From positions 763,488 through 827,487 of the forward strand of contig JBBCGS010000002.1 in NCBI GenBank assembly GCA_037200125.1: DNA of 64,000 nt. The letters are read 5' to 3'. Every line of letters starts with the position of its first letter. Position 1 is the first letter of the stretch. The position numbers and the translations under genes are program-made. This stretch comes from Gammaproteobacteria bacterium (GTDB taxonomy: Bacteria; Pseudomonadota; Gammaproteobacteria; Steroidobacterales; Steroidobacteraceae). Of this stretch, positions 39,081 to 49,922 are shown one piece after another. Below the pieces are notes generated by a model that worked only from the letters and a program-made list of their open reading frames with translations, made no database searches and was not told where the DNA came from.

Positions 39081-40910
39081 ATGGAGCTGACCCAAAAGCC
39101 GCTGCGGATCTTCGCAAGCTGCGTCATCGCGGCGCTGGTCGCCATCGCGCTGGTCAATCTCTACCAGGCCAAACACTCCCTGCCGGCGAGCAAAACGATC
39201 CCGTACACGCAGTTCCTGGATGCCGTCGAGCAAGGCCGCGTACGCACCGTGAAGATCGACGGAAACGAGATCGTCGGCGCATACACCGATCGCGGGCTCT
39301 TTCGCACGTATGCGATGAACGATCCCGACCTGCTGAGGCTGCTGCGACAAAAAACGGTCTCCATCACGGCGACAGCCGCTCCCGCTGGCGGCGGCTCCGC
39401 GTGGCCCGCCGTGTTGAGCGCTTTGATCCCGACGCTGCTGCTGGTAGGGCTCGTGCTGTTTTTCATGCGTCGTATGCCGGGGCTCAGCGGCGCGGGGGGG
39501 ATGGGTCTCGGCAAATCCAAGGCGAAGCTGCTGACCGCGGCCTCCGGCCGGGTCACGTTCGCCGACGTCGCGGGCGTCGATGAAGCCAGGGAGCGTTTGC
39601 AGGAGATCGTCGACTTCCTGCGCGATCCACAGAAATTCCAGCGCCTCGGCGGACGCATTCCGCGCGGCGTATTGATGGTGGGCGCGCCGGGCACCGGCAA
39701 AACCCTTCTCGCCCGCGCGGTTGCCGGCGAAGCGAACGTGCCGTTCTTCACGATCTCGGGCTCGGACTTCGTGGAAATGTTCGTGGGCGTCGGCGCGTCG
39801 CGCGTGCGGGACCTGTTCACGCAGGCGAAGAAGAGCGCCCCATGCATCATCTTCATGGATGAGATCGACGCGGTCGGCCGGCGCCGGGGCGCGGGCGTTG
39901 GCGGCGGCAACGACGAACGCGAGCAGACGTTGAACCAGCTGCTCGTGGAGATGGATGGCTTCGAATCGAACGAGAGCATCATCCTGATCGCCGCGACCAA
40001 TCGCCCGGACGTGCTCGATCCCGCCCTGCTGCGCCCCGGACGGTTCGATCGCGAGATCGTCGTCAGCAATCCCGACGTGCTCGGCCGGGAGCGGATTCTC
40101 GAGGTTCACCTCCGCAAGGTTCCACTCGCGCCGGAGGTGGACCTCAAGCTCATTGCGCGGCGCACGCCGGGCTTCTCGGGCGCGGATCTCATGAACCTCG
40201 TCAACGAGGCCGCCCTTCTCGCCGCGCGTCGTGCCCGGGAAACGGTGGGAATGCGGGAGTTCGAGGATGCCAAAGACACCGTGACCATGGGCGCCGAACG
40301 GCGCACCCACGTGATGACCGAAGACGAGAAGCGCCTCACCGCCTATCGCGAGGGCGGCCGCGCAATCGTGGCGCTGCACGTGCCCGCGGCCGATCCGGTG
40401 CACAAGGCCACGATTCTGACGCGCGGCCGGACGACCGGAATGGTCAAGCAGTTGCCCGAGACGGATCAGTTGTCCGTCACCCTCGAGCAGATGAACTCAC
40501 GCCTCGCCATCATGATGAGCGGCCGGGCGGCCGAGGAAATGATCTTCGGCCCGGAGAAAGTGACTTCCGGAACCGCGGGCGACATCGAAGAGGCGACTCA
40601 GCTTGCGCGCACGATGGTCACGCGCTGGGGACTTTCCGAAGCGCTGGGAACCGTGGCGTACGGCGAGAACACCGACGAGGTGTTCCTCGGGCACTCGGTG
40701 GCGCGTCGGCAAAATATCTCGGAACAGACCGCCCAGGTGATCGCGGTCGAGGTGCGCAAGCTCATCGACGCGGCTCGCACGGAAGCGCAGCGCATCCTCG
40801 GCGAGCAGCGCGCCCAGCTCGAAACGCTTGCGCAAGCGCTGCTCCAGCACGAAACGCTCAGCGGCGAGGACATCCAGAACCTGCTGGCGCGTAACACGCC
40901 AGGCGCATAA
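39081..40910 (+). CDS. ftsH: ATP-dependent zinc metalloprotease FtsH
   Basis: Walker [18 protein letters not shown] zinc-binding motif and N-terminal TM/periplasmic domain. Confidence 0.95.
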   Translation: MELTQKPLRIFASCVIAALVAIALVNLYQAKHSLPASKTIPYTQFLDAVEQGRVRTVKIDGNEIVGAYTDRGLFRTYAMNDPDLLRLLRQKTVSITATAAPAGGGSAWPAVLSALIPTLLLVGLVLFFMRRMPGLSGAGGMGLGKSKAKLLTAASGRVTFADVAGVDEARERLQEIVDFLRDPQKFQRLGGRIPRGVLMVGAPGTGKTLLARAVAGEANVPFFTISGSDFVEMFVGVGASRVRDLFTQAKKSAPCIIFMDEIDAVGRRRGAGVGGGNDEREQTLNQLLVEMDGFESNESIILIAATNRPDVLDPALLRPGRFDREIVVSNPDVLGRERILEVHLRKVPLAPEVDLKLIARRTPGFSGADLMNLVNEAALLAARRARETVGMREFEDAKDTVTMGAERRTHVMTEDEKRLTAYREGGRAIVALHVPAADPVHKATILTRGRTTGMVKQLPETDQLSVTLEQMNSRLAIMMSGRAAEEMIFGPEKVTSGTAGDIEEATQLARTMVTRWGLSEALGTVAYGENTDEVFLGHSVARRQNISEQTAQVIAVEVRKLIDAARTEAQRILGEQRAQLETLAQALLQHETLSGEDIQNLLARNTPGA

Positions 40911-40932
40911 CTCGAAGGCCGGCGTACCGCGG

Positions 40933-41190
40933 TTACGGCCGATCGGGAACGGCGAGCGCGCTTCGGCTTCTCGACCAGCCGCGGCCCTTTTCACCGAGGC
41001 ACCAGACATCCTGAGCCGGCTCTCCGTCACGTTGCGCGGGATCGACGGCGGCTACGATGTAGCGCTGGTCGGCCAGCCACTGGCGCACGCGCTGGCCCTC
41101 CCGCTGACGCAGAGCGAGAGCGCCGGAAAGCTCGGTCCATCGCAAAGGCCGATGCGTGAGCTCGAGAAGCACCAGCACTCGTTCCGCCAT
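40933..41190 (-). CDS. Possible small winged-helix DNA-binding protein
   Basis: MAERVLVLLELTHRPLRWTELSGAL...RVRQWLADQRYIV resembles a wHTH recognition region. Weak evidence. Confidence 0.3.
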   Translation of the reverse strand: MAERVLVLLELTHRPLRWTELSGALALRQREGQRVRQWLADQRYIVAAVDPAQRDGEPAQDVWCLGEKGRGWSRSRSALAVPDRP

Positions 41191-41382
41191 CGCGCGAGGC
41201 GATTCAACCGAGCTTGCGGCAGTGGATATCTGGCGTGGTTCGACCGTTGCCATGGGGCTAGTCCTTCCGCGAATGCTCGGCGGACTTCAGATTAGTGGCG
41301 CGGCCCAATCGATGACACGCGCGTCGCTCGGCGCGTTCGTGAGGCGGGCAGTCGCGAGGCCGCGCGCTATACTTCGCGGCGA

Positions 41383-42009
41383 ATGCGCAAAAAATCCAAG
41401 ACGCCCACCGAAACGAAAAGCTTCCGTTCGTTCGCTTCGTTCCGCCTGCACAAGCTCGCGAGACTTTCAGATCGCATGCACGAGCGGCAGTACCAGCGCG
41501 ACTTCGGGCTGAATCTGCGTGAATACCGCATCATCGGCCTGACCGGGTCGCTGGGCGGTGCCTCGTTCCGGCGTATCTGCGCGGAGTCGGGCCTCGACAA
41601 GGCGCATGTAAGCCGGCTCATCGCGCGACTCATCAAGCGTGGCTTCCTCAGCAAGCGGGCCGATCCAACCGACCAGCGAACGGTGAACGTCACTCTCACC
41701 GAGCGTGGCAAGGCGGTGCGCGATGGCCTGCATGCCGCTTCGGCCAAGCTGAATGAGCAATGGCTTGCAGCGCTCCCGGCGACCCAGCGAACGGCGTTCT
41801 TGTCCGCGCTGGATACGCTCCACGAGCGCGCGCAGGCCATCGCGGACGACCGCGAGCAGGCCGCCGCCGCCTCGGGGAGCAAGCGGATCGTCCGCAAAAA
41901 AGCCCCGGCCGGCGCGCGCCCGGCTCCGAAAGGCAAGGTCGTGCTGAACAAGGCGATGGCCACCCAGCTTCTCGGCGTGCTGAACGCCGCGCTCGGCAAG
42001 CGCGGCTGA
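41383..42009 (+). CDS. MarR-family transcriptional regulator
   Basis: wHTH core LNLREYRIIGLTG...SRLIARLIKRGFLSKRADPTDQRTVNVTLTERG matches MarR. Confidence 0.8.
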   Translation: MRKKSKTPTETKSFRSFASFRLHKLARLSDRMHERQYQRDFGLNLREYRIIGLTGSLGGASFRRICAESGLDKAHVSRLIARLIKRGFLSKRADPTDQRTVNVTLTERGKAVRDGLHAASAKLNEQWLAALPATQRTAFLSALDTLHERAQAIADDREQAAAASGSKRIVRKKAPAGARPAPKGKVVLNKAMATQLLGVLNAALGKRG

Positions 42010-42321
42010 GCCGCGAGCCCGGGCCGCGCGCGCCCGCACGCCTCGCTCGCAAGGCGATGAATCGCCGCGCAATGCCGTCTCAACTTTCGTTGACGGTGAC
42101 AACGTTGTATGTTCACCCGGTCGGGATGCCGTTTTTTGGCCGTGCCACGCAGCGTGGGGGGACGGTGCAGCCTGTTGGTGTGAATACCATCATTGGCCGC
42201 CCGTAGACACCGGTGGGTTGCCGAGCTAAGAAGGACGCATCGCGATACGGGGCAACGAGGGGACAACTGCTTGTACTGGCGGTTCGGCGTTGGCGTTGAT
42301 GAATACTCGAGGCGCATCGCC

Positions 42322-44724
42322 ATGGCGACCTGCGCCGCCGCGATGCTGTTCGGTTTCCATTCCCACTCCGCTCAGGCCGCTGACGCCGCCGCGGGCGCTT
42401 CCGCCGACAAACGCATTGCCATCGTCGAGAAGCTCTTCGATACCCACTGTTCCGAATGTCATAACGCCACGGACTGGGCCGGTGGGCTCGCGCTCGATAC
42501 CCTCGACGTCGCTCACATCGGGGAAGAAGCCGAGACCGGCGAGAAGATCATCGCCAAGCTGCGCGCCGGGGTAATGCCTCCTTACGGCAAGCACCGCCCG
42601 CTCCGCTCGGAGTTGCTGGCCGCGGTGAACGTCATCGAAGCGAAGATCGACGAAGCGGCGGCCCAAGCCCCCGCCTCTATTCCACCGCCGGGCGTGCATC
42701 GACTGAATCGCCGTGAGTACGCGAACGCCATCCGCGACCTGCTTGCGCTCGAGATAGACCCGGGGTCGATGCTGCCGGTCGACGACTCGAGCTATGGTTT
42801 CGACAACATCGCCGGCACGCTCGGCTCGTCTCCGGCGCTGGTCGGCGCGTACGTATCGGCGGCCTCGAAAATAAGCCGCCTCGCGCTCGGCCACGAAACC
42901 GAGCCGAAGCTTGCGACCTATCACGCGGCGCCGGACTACTCCCAGGATCGCCACATCGAAGGCCTGCCCTTCGGCACGCGCGGCGGCCTCATGGTGCGCC
43001 ACTATTTCCCCGCCGATGGCGAGTACGTTTTCAACTGGACGCCGGTGCGAACAAACGCTGGCGGGATCTTCGGGAATACGGCGGGCGAGAAACTCGAGCT
43101 GAGCGTCGACGGCCAGACCGTCAAGGTCTACGACATCGATGCCGAGATCGAACGCAATTCGCCAAAGGACGAGCATCCGGTACGCATCGCGGTGCGCGCC
43201 GGAATGCGCACGGTAGGACTCACCTTCGTGTCCCTGGCCGAGAGCCCGCGCGACGATCTCAACGCGCATTTCGAACGCACCACGCTCACGCAGAACCTGG
43301 ATGGGTTCAATTTCGCGCCGCACGTGAACTCGATGACGATTCTCGGCCCCTACAGCGGCAAGCGACCGGCCAGCACGGCGAGCCGCGACAAAGCCCTGAC
43401 GTGCCGGCCGGCTCAGCCCGCCGAAGAAACGGCGTGCGCTTCGAAGATCTTCACGGACCTGGCATTGCGCGCGTTTCGCCGACCCATTGGCGACGACGAT
43501 CTGAAGGCGATTCTCGCGCTGTATCGGAAGACGCGGGAGCAAGGCGGGGACTTCGAGGAAGGCGTTCAGATCGGGCTGCAGTTGATCCTCTCCGACCCAC
43601 ACTTCATCTATCGCACCGAGCCTGCGCCCGCCGGCGTTGCGCCCGGGCAGTCCTGGGCGGTGAGCGACCTGGAGCTGGCGTCGCGCCTTTCGTTTTTCCT
43701 GTGGAGCACGATTCCCGATCAGGAACTGCTCAACCTCGCGAGTGCCGGCAAGTTGCGTGAGCCCCGAGTGCTGGAGCAACAGGTCAGGCGCATGCTGGCC
43801 GATCCCCGCTCGCAGGAGCTCGTAAGCAACTTCGTCGGGCAATGGCTCCAGCTTCGCAACCTGAACGCCGCGGCGCCGGTGGCGGACATCTTCCCGAACT
43901 TCGACGACAACCTGCGCCAGGATTTCCGCACGGAAGTCGAGATGCTGTTCGCATCGCTGCTCCACGAAGATCGAAGCGTGCGGGAGCTGCTCGATGCGCG
44001 ATACAGCTTCCTGAACGAGCGTCTTGCCAGGCACTACGGCATTCCGAACGTGTACGGCAGCCAGTTCCGCCGGGTGGAGCTCGGTCCTGAGTTCGACATG
44101 CGCCGCGGCCTGCTCGGCAAAGGCGCGATCCTCACGGTCACCTCCAACGCGGATCGCACTTCGACGATCCGGCGCGGGCAGTGGGTCGACGTGAACATCC
44201 TCGGGGTGCGTCCTCCCGATCCGCCACCGAACGTTCCGGGGCTCGCCGCGCAAGAAGAAAACCCCGCCGGCGGCAAGAAGCTACAGACACTTCGTCAACG
44301 CATGACGGAACACGCGACGAACCCCGCCTGTGCCGCTTGCCATCAAATGATGGATCCCATTGGCTTCGCGATGGAGAGCTTCGACGGCATCGGACGCGTG
44401 CGCACGAAAGACGCCGGCCAGTCGCTCGACTTGTCCGGCTGGCTCGTCGATGGCACGCGGTTCAATGGCGTCTCGCAATTGCGCGAGGCGTTGATGACGT
44501 ACTCGCCGGAGTTCATCAAAACGATGACGATTCGGCTGATGACCTACGCCCTCGGCCGAGGCGTTGAGTATTACGACATGCCGGTCGTGCGAAGCATCCT
44601 CAAGGACGCCGACGCCAGGGACGACCGGTTCTCCGCGCTGGTTCTAGGCATCGTGAAGAGCGACTCGTTTCAGAAAAACCAGGCCGTCGAAAAGCGCGTC
44701 GCGGCAGTTCAAGGAGCCCAGTGA
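42322..44724 (+). CDS. DUF1592/DUF1587/DUF1588-family haem-c protein (PSD-type 'planctomycete cytochrome c' family)
   Basis: Signal peptide MATCAAAMLFGFHSHSAQA and a CxxCH site (CSECH) in the N-terminal domain. A second CxxCH (CAACH) lies near the C-terminus. About 800 aa, followed by a DUF1552 partner. Confidence 0.78.
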   Translation: MATCAAAMLFGFHSHSAQAADAAAGASADKRIAIVEKLFDTHCSECHNATDWAGGLALDTLDVAHIGEEAETGEKIIAKLRAGVMPPYGKHRPLRSELLAAVNVIEAKIDEAAAQAPASIPPPGVHRLNRREYANAIRDLLALEIDPGSMLPVDDSSYGFDNIAGTLGSSPALVGAYVSAASKISRLALGHETEPKLATYHAAPDYSQDRHIEGLPFGTRGGLMVRHYFPADGEYVFNWTPVRTNAGGIFGNTAGEKLELSVDGQTVKVYDIDAEIERNSPKDEHPVRIAVRAGMRTVGLTFVSLAESPRDDLNAHFERTTLTQNLDGFNFAPHVNSMTILGPYSGKRPASTASRDKALTCRPAQPAEETACASKIFTDLALRAFRRPIGDDDLKAILALYRKTREQGGDFEEGVQIGLQLILSDPHFIYRTEPAPAGVAPGQSWAVSDLELASRLSFFLWSTIPDQELLNLASAGKLREPRVLEQQVRRMLADPRSQELVSNFVGQWLQLRNLNAAAPVADIFPNFDDNLRQDFRTEVEMLFASLLHEDRSVRELLDARYSFLNERLARHYGIPNVYGSQFRRVELGPEFDMRRGLLGKGAILTVTSNADRTSTIRRGQWVDVNILGVRPPDPPPNVPGLAAQEENPAGGKKLQTLRQRMTEHATNPACAACHQMMDPIGFAMESFDGIGRVRTKDAGQSLDLSGWLVDGTRFNGVSQLREALMTYSPEFIKTMTIRLMTYALGRGVEYYDMPVVRSILKDADARDDRFSALVLGIVKSDSFQKNQAVEKRVAAVQGAQ

Positions 44725-46073
44725 TGTTCATTACGAAGAAGCACCTGAGTCGGCGCGCGGTTCTGCGCGGAACGGGCGCCCTGCTCGCATTGCCGCTCCT
44801 TGACTCCATGATTCCCGCCGGGACGGCGCTCGCGAAGACCGCCGCCAATCCGGTACCGCGTTTCGTCGCGGTCTTTGCCGCACACGGCTGGGCGACGACG
44901 TGGTGGCACGATGGACGCTGGACCGAGCAGCCCCGGACACCGGGGCGCAACGTCGGGCTCGGCTACATTCACGAACCGCTCGATCCCTACAAGGACATGC
45001 TCACCTTGTGCGCGGGACTGGACGCCACCTCCTCGATGCCCCCGGCGGGCTCGAGCGGTGGCGATCACGCTCGCGCAGCCGCCTCGCTCACGGGCGCGCC
45101 GCCGAAGAGAACCTCCGGTCCCGACATCCACTGCGGCGTGAGCGTCGACCAGGTGGTCGCGCAGAAGTACGGGCAGAACACGTTGCTGCCTTCCATGCAG
45201 CTCGGAATTGAGGATCCGGGCGCCAATACAGGTGTCTGCGGGTGGGGATACAGCTGCGCCTATTCCAACTCCGTATCCTGGGCCGGCCCGAGCAGGCCGC
45301 TCCCGCACGAGGTCAATCCGCTCGTGATCTTCGAGCAGTTGTTCGGAGACGGAGCGACGCCTGAAGAACGCATTGCCCGCCGTCGCGCCGATGCCAGCAT
45401 TCTCGACGCGGTGCTCGAGCGAGTCACCGACCTGAAGAAGACGTTGCCGGGCGATGATCAGTCGAAGCTCAGCGACTACCTGGAAAACGTGCGCGAAGTG
45501 GAGCGCCGGGCGCAGCTCGCCGCCTCGCGGTCGGGCGCGATTGCCGGTATGGAAAAGCCCGAGGGTCAGCCGCAGTCCATCGACGCGCGGATCAAGCTCA
45601 TGTGGGACCTGCAGCACGTCGCCTTCCAGGCCGACATCACGCGCGTGAGCTCCCTGCTCTTCTGCCGCGACGAAAGTGGAACGGTGTATCCGGAGTCGGG
45701 AATCATGACGCCGAATCATCCGGCCTCGCACCACGGCGAAGACCCGGCGCGTCGCAGGGAATGGGCGCAGGTCAATCGTTACCACATGGGCACGCTCGCG
45801 TACTTCCTGAAGAAGCTCAAGGAAACGCCCGACGGCGACGGCACGCTGCTCGACCATTCGTTGCTGCTGTGGACGAGCAACATGGGCAACGCCAACCAGC
45901 ACAGCCACGTGGGCGTCGGCCAGATGCTCGTCGGTGGCGGTGCCGGGCGCCACAAGGCGCGCCTGAATCTCGTCGAGAAAGGTCACACGTCGAACTTTCT
46001 GCTCTCGATTCTTCACATGTACGACATTGAAGCGGAGACCTTCGGCGACAGCGACGGTGTGGTCTCGATCTGA
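44721..46073 (+). CDS. DUF1552-family protein with Tat signal
   Basis: ATGA overlap with the upstream gene. Tat motif SRRAVLRGTGALLALPLL. Canonical partner of DUF1592 proteins. Confidence 0.8.
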   Translation: MMFITKKHLSRRAVLRGTGALLALPLLDSMIPAGTALAKTAANPVPRFVAVFAAHGWATTWWHDGRWTEQPRTPGRNVGLGYIHEPLDPYKDMLTLCAGLDATSSMPPAGSSGGDHARAAASLTGAPPKRTSGPDIHCGVSVDQVVAQKYGQNTLLPSMQLGIEDPGANTGVCGWGYSCAYSNSVSWAGPSRPLPHEVNPLVIFEQLFGDGATPEERIARRRADASILDAVLERVTDLKKTLPGDDQSKLSDYLENVREVERRAQLAASRSGAIAGMEKPEGQPQSIDARIKLMWDLQHVAFQADITRVSSLLFCRDESGTVYPESGIMTPNHPASHHGEDPARRREWAQVNRYHMGTLAYFLKKLKETPDGDGTLLDHSLLLWTSNMGNANQHSHVGVGQMLVGGGAGRHKARLNLVEKGHTSNFLLSILHMYDIEAETFGDSDGVVSI

Positions 46074-47770
46074 TGGTCCAGGGCGTGAAGAAACTCGTCC
46101 TGCATGCACTGTCGGGCATCGCGCTGGCCGTCATCGACGTCGCGGCGTTCGGGGCCGCGGCTGCGGCGCCAGCTGCCGCGATCGTCGCCGAGCCCCCGGC
46201 CGCGAGCCCCGTGGCGGACGCCGCGCAGCGACGCGACTTCGTGGCGGTGAAGGAACTGCTCGCCGGAAAGGCGGACGTAAACCAGCCGCAAGCGGACGGC
46301 ACGACCGCCCTGCATTGGGCGGCGCGCTGGGACACTCTCGACGCCGCTCGCCTGCTCATCAAGGCTCGCGCGGACGTCAACGCCACGACACCGTTGGGCG
46401 CCACCCCTCTTTACCTCGCCGCGCTGAACGGCAGCGCGCCGATGATCGAGCTGCTCTTGAGCGCGCGCGCCGATGCCAGGCGACGAGTTCTCGCCGACGA
46501 GTCGACTCCGCTCATGTTCGCCGCGCGTTCGGGCAACGCCGAGAGCGTTGGCTTGTTGTTGAAGGCCGGCGCCGACATCAACGCGGCGGAAAACTATCGC
46601 GGCACTTCCGCACTCATGTGGGCGGCGGAGCGAAACAATCTAGAGGTGGTGAAGCTCCTGCTGGCCCACGGCGCGAACGCGTCGCAGAGCTCGAAAGTCA
46701 CCGAGCGCGGCACGAGCGGGAAAGTCCCGGCGCGCAACGCCGCCCCTGCGGACCCGAATCTGGCCAAACCCCAGCCCGCCGCCAAAGCGTCGGGTCCCAA
46801 GGACCCCCAAGGCGGGCTGACGGCGCTCATCCTCGCCGTGCGCGAGAACGCATCCCCGGTCGTCGAAGCGCTGCTGACCGCAGGCGCACCCGTCAACCAG
46901 CAATCCGGCGACGGCAGCACCGCGCTGGTCGTTGCTGTTCAGAACGTCTATCTCGACCTCGCGAAGCTGCTGATCGAGCACGGCGCCGACGTCAACCTCT
47001 CGAACCAGAAAGGATGGAGTCCGCTTTACCTCGCGATCAAGGACCGCTCGATGGAATACGGCACGATGCCGCCGCCGCCGATCGATCGCGAGGCCCTGCT
47101 GGCGTTCATCAAGCTGCTCATCGCAAAGGGTGCGGACACCAACGCGCGCGTCAAGGATGACACCGAGATGCGCAATGCCATCAAGGCCACCTGGCTGAAC
47201 GAAGCCGGCGCCACGCCGTTCCTGCGCGCCTCCCTCTGCGGCGACTACACCGTGATGAAGCTTCTGCTGGAGCACGGAGCCGATCCGAAGATTCCAACGG
47301 AAGACGGCACCACCGCTCTCGCGGCGCTTTCGGGCGTGGGTTTCACCAAGGGCTTCATGCAGGACATCGAAGGTCCGGAGACCTCACTGCGGGCCATCAA
47401 GCTTCTGATCGACTCCGGCATCGACGTCAATGCCGCAAACAAGGACAACGTGACCGCGCTGCACGGCGCCGCCCATAAGAACTTCGCCGCTGCGATTCAG
47501 CTGCTCGTGGACCATGGCGGCGACCTTACCGTCGTAAGCCAGCGTCGCGGCACCTTCGAGCGCAGCAAGGAGTTCAAGGGAAATACCGTGCTGGACTGGG
47601 CGTACGGGGTGCAGACGGGTGGCGAAGCCTCGATCTTCCATCCGGAAGCGGTTGCGCTGGTGGAAAAGCTGCTCAAGGAGCGCAACCTCCCGCTGACCCG
47701 ATTTGGATTCACGGACGGCGGCATTGCCGGCCAGCCCGCCTCCGTCACGAAGACCACCACCGCGAACTAG
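46073..47770 (+). CDS. Secreted ankyrin-repeat protein (10 or more ANK repeats)
   Basis: Start overlaps the DUF1552 stop. Signal peptide, then repeated -G-TALH-AA--G---VV-LLL--GADVN- units. Confidence 0.8.
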   Translation: MVQGVKKLVLHALSGIALAVIDVAAFGAAAAAPAAAIVAEPPAASPVADAAQRRDFVAVKELLAGKADVNQPQADGTTALHWAARWDTLDAARLLIKARADVNATTPLGATPLYLAALNGSAPMIELLLSARADARRRVLADESTPLMFAARSGNAESVGLLLKAGADINAAENYRGTSALMWAAERNNLEVVKLLLAHGANASQSSKVTERGTSGKVPARNAAPADPNLAKPQPAAKASGPKDPQGGLTALILAVRENASPVVEALLTAGAPVNQQSGDGSTALVVAVQNVYLDLAKLLIEHGADVNLSNQKGWSPLYLAIKDRSMEYGTMPPPPIDREALLAFIKLLIAKGADTNARVKDDTEMRNAIKATWLNEAGATPFLRASLCGDYTVMKLLLEHGADPKIPTEDGTTALAALSGVGFTKGFMQDIEGPETSLRAIKLLIDSGIDVNAANKDNVTALHGAAHKNFAAAIQLLVDHGGDLTVVSQRRGTFERSKEFKGNTVLDWAYGVQTGGEASIFHPEAVALVEKLLKERNLPLTRFGFTDGGIAGQPASVTKTTTAN

Positions 47771-47843
47771 CGGCCGGGTCCCAAAGCTCACCACGCGCGC
47801 GCAATGGTGGATGCCGATTCATCAGGCGGGATAGACTGGCCGA

Positions 47844-48605
47844 ATGCTTCTGATTGGAATTGCCGCCGCCGCATTCTGCGCAACGCTGGCCGGCGGCTGG
47901 TTTGCGCTTCGACTCAAGGACAACCTGCATCTCGTGCTGGGATTCAGCGCGGGCGCGGTGGTGGCGGTGTCGTTCTTCGACCTGCTTCCGGAAGCGATGA
48001 GCCTGGGGTTGCCGTTCTATTCGCCCGCCGTGCTGATGTCGTTCACCGCGCTCGGCTTCCTGCTCTATCTCGTTCTGGATCGTGTTCAGCTGCTCCACGG
48101 CGCCCACGATCATGGTCATGATCATGATCATGATCACGGGCACGACCATTCGAAGAACGTGCGCCCGGTTCGACGCGGCGCTCTGGGAGCCGGCAGCCTC
48201 GTCGCGCACAGTTTCCTGGACGGGATCTCCATTGGCCTCGCCTTCCAGACCTCCCAACCGGCCGGAGTGATCGTCGCGGTTGCCGTCGTGGCGCATGACT
48301 TCTCCGACGGCATCAACACCATGAGTGTCGTGCTCAAGGACGGTGGGAATCGCCGGCAAGGCCTGCGCTGGTTGCTGATGGACGCGCTAGCGCCGATTGC
48401 CGGGGTGGCCTCCACGCTTCTCTTCACGCTTCCGGAAAAAGGGTTCGGCCTCGTGCTGGCCCTGTTCGCAGGTTTCTTCCTTTACATCGGCGCGAGCGAT
48501 CTCATTCCGGAAAGCCACCACGCGCACCCGAAATTTCTCACGACTGTCATGACGCTGCTGGGCGCGGGCGCGTTGTACGTCATCATCACGCTGGTGGGGC
48601 GCTAG
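47844..48605 (+). CDS. ZIP-family divalent-metal transporter (ZupT-like) with His-Asp-rich cytoplasmic loop
   Basis: 8 TM. Loop GAHDHGHDHDHDHGHDHSKN. ZIP signature HSFLDGISIGLAF...HDFSDG. Confidence 0.88.
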   Translation: MLLIGIAAAAFCATLAGGWFALRLKDNLHLVLGFSAGAVVAVSFFDLLPEAMSLGLPFYSPAVLMSFTALGFLLYLVLDRVQLLHGAHDHGHDHDHDHGHDHSKNVRPVRRGALGAGSLVAHSFLDGISIGLAFQTSQPAGVIVAVAVVAHDFSDGINTMSVVLKDGGNRRQGLRWLLMDALAPIAGVASTLLFTLPEKGFGLVLALFAGFFLYIGASDLIPESHHAHPKFLTTVMTLLGAGALYVIITLVGR

Positions 48606-48782
48606 GCGTCGCTCAGAGCCGCCGCGGCGAGATGGATTTCAGGGTAGACGGGGCCCGCATCCGTTGGGACAAGAGAGGTCGTCGCTATGTGGCGGACGTG
48701 GCGGCGCCGGCTCCAGCACAACGCGCCGCGCATCACTCTCGGTCGAAGCGTACTGAGAACACTTGCGGCGGCCAGGCGCGCG

Positions 48783-49877
48783 CTAGCAACCGCCTCCACA
48801 TCGCCGATCGGGTGTGCTCTTGCAGCCCCGCGCCATGCTACTTCCGAGGACCGCGCCCCCCTGTGCCGAATATCGAGGATTCGACAGGAAACACTCGTCC
48901 GTCAGCGTTTGAAGGAACGCGAGCAAGTCGGCTTTCTCCACTTCAGTCAGGCTCATCTCCCCAACGAGCTCGCTGCGATATGGACTCAACCGACCGTCTC
49001 CGGCCAGCGGTCCCGCAGCGATCCGCCGCCCGCCCGCCGCGTAGAAGTCGATGACCTCACGCAGCGTCTTGATGGAACCGTCATGCATATACGGCGCTGT
49101 GACGGCGACGTTGCGAAGGCTCGGCGCGCGGAAGCGTCCCATATCCTCCGGCGCGCCCGTGATTTCATACAGCCCGCGATTGGGCGCCGGAAACCCACCC
49201 TTCCCATCGATGTTATAGAGACCCGTGTTGTGAAACGGCGTCTCGACCACCCGAGCGTTCACGTACGTGACCTGATCGTTGAAGTTGAAACTGCCGTGGC
49301 AATGATCGCAGCCGGTTTTGTCGCCGAAGAACAGATCCTTGCCGCGCATTTCAGCCGCGCTGAGCTTCACTTCACCGCGCTGGTAACGATCGAACTTCGA
49401 GTCCGCCGATACGAGGCCACGCAGGAACACCGCGATCGCCTTGATGACGTGCGGGAAGCTCACCGCCGCGCCGTCGCCCTTGAACGCTTGCGCAAACGCC
49501 GTTCGGTAAGCGGCGTCCTGGCGGATGCGATTCAGTATCTGTGGAGCGTTCTGATCGGTCACTCCCATCTCGACAGGGTTATCACCGTATAGCGGCACTT
49601 CCATCTGCCGCTCGAGTGTCACCAGTGCCGGATTCGCCCAGGTCAGCGTGGCATTCCAGGCCACGTTTGCGAGACCCGGCGCGTTTCGCGGCGTGCGTTG
49701 CCCCGCCGACCCGACGGACACCGCACGGCCATCTGTAAACGCATGCTCCGGAGTCGCAGTGCGCGGCACGCCTCGGTATATTACTGTAAGCATTGAGAAA
49801 ACAGGGCGATTCGTAGCTCCAAGCCGACTGCCGGGAGACGCGTCCCACACGCACACCACCTTCGCGGCGCCGGACAC
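48783..49877 (-). CDS. Di-haem cytochrome-c-peroxidase/MauG-family protein with degenerate N-terminal haem site and no signal peptide (possibly truncated)
   Basis: C-terminal haem motif GKDLFFGDKTGCDHCHGSF and the conserved region FRAPSLRNVAVTAPYMHDGS are present. The position of the first CxxCH reads PRTATPEH. There is an in-frame stop just upstream of the GTG start. Confidence 0.6.
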   Translation of the reverse strand: MSGAAKVVCVWDASPGSRLGATNRPVFSMLTVIYRGVPRTATPEHAFTDGRAVSVGSAGQRTPRNAPGLANVAWNATLTWANPALVTLERQMEVPLYGDNPVEMGVTDQNAPQILNRIRQDAAYRTAFAQAFKGDGAAVSFPHVIKAIAVFLRGLVSADSKFDRYQRGEVKLSAAEMRGKDLFFGDKTGCDHCHGSFNFNDQVTYVNARVVETPFHNTGLYNIDGKGGFPAPNRGLYEITGAPEDMGRFRAPSLRNVAVTAPYMHDGSIKTLREVIDFYAAGGRRIAAGPLAGDGRLSPYRSELVGEMSLTEVEKADLLAFLQTLTDECFLSNPRYSAQGGAVLGSSMARGCKSTPDRRCGGGC

Positions 49878-49922
49878 GCGGTGCGCGGCACTGGTCCGGC
49901 TTTCGACCGCAATGTTATCTGA

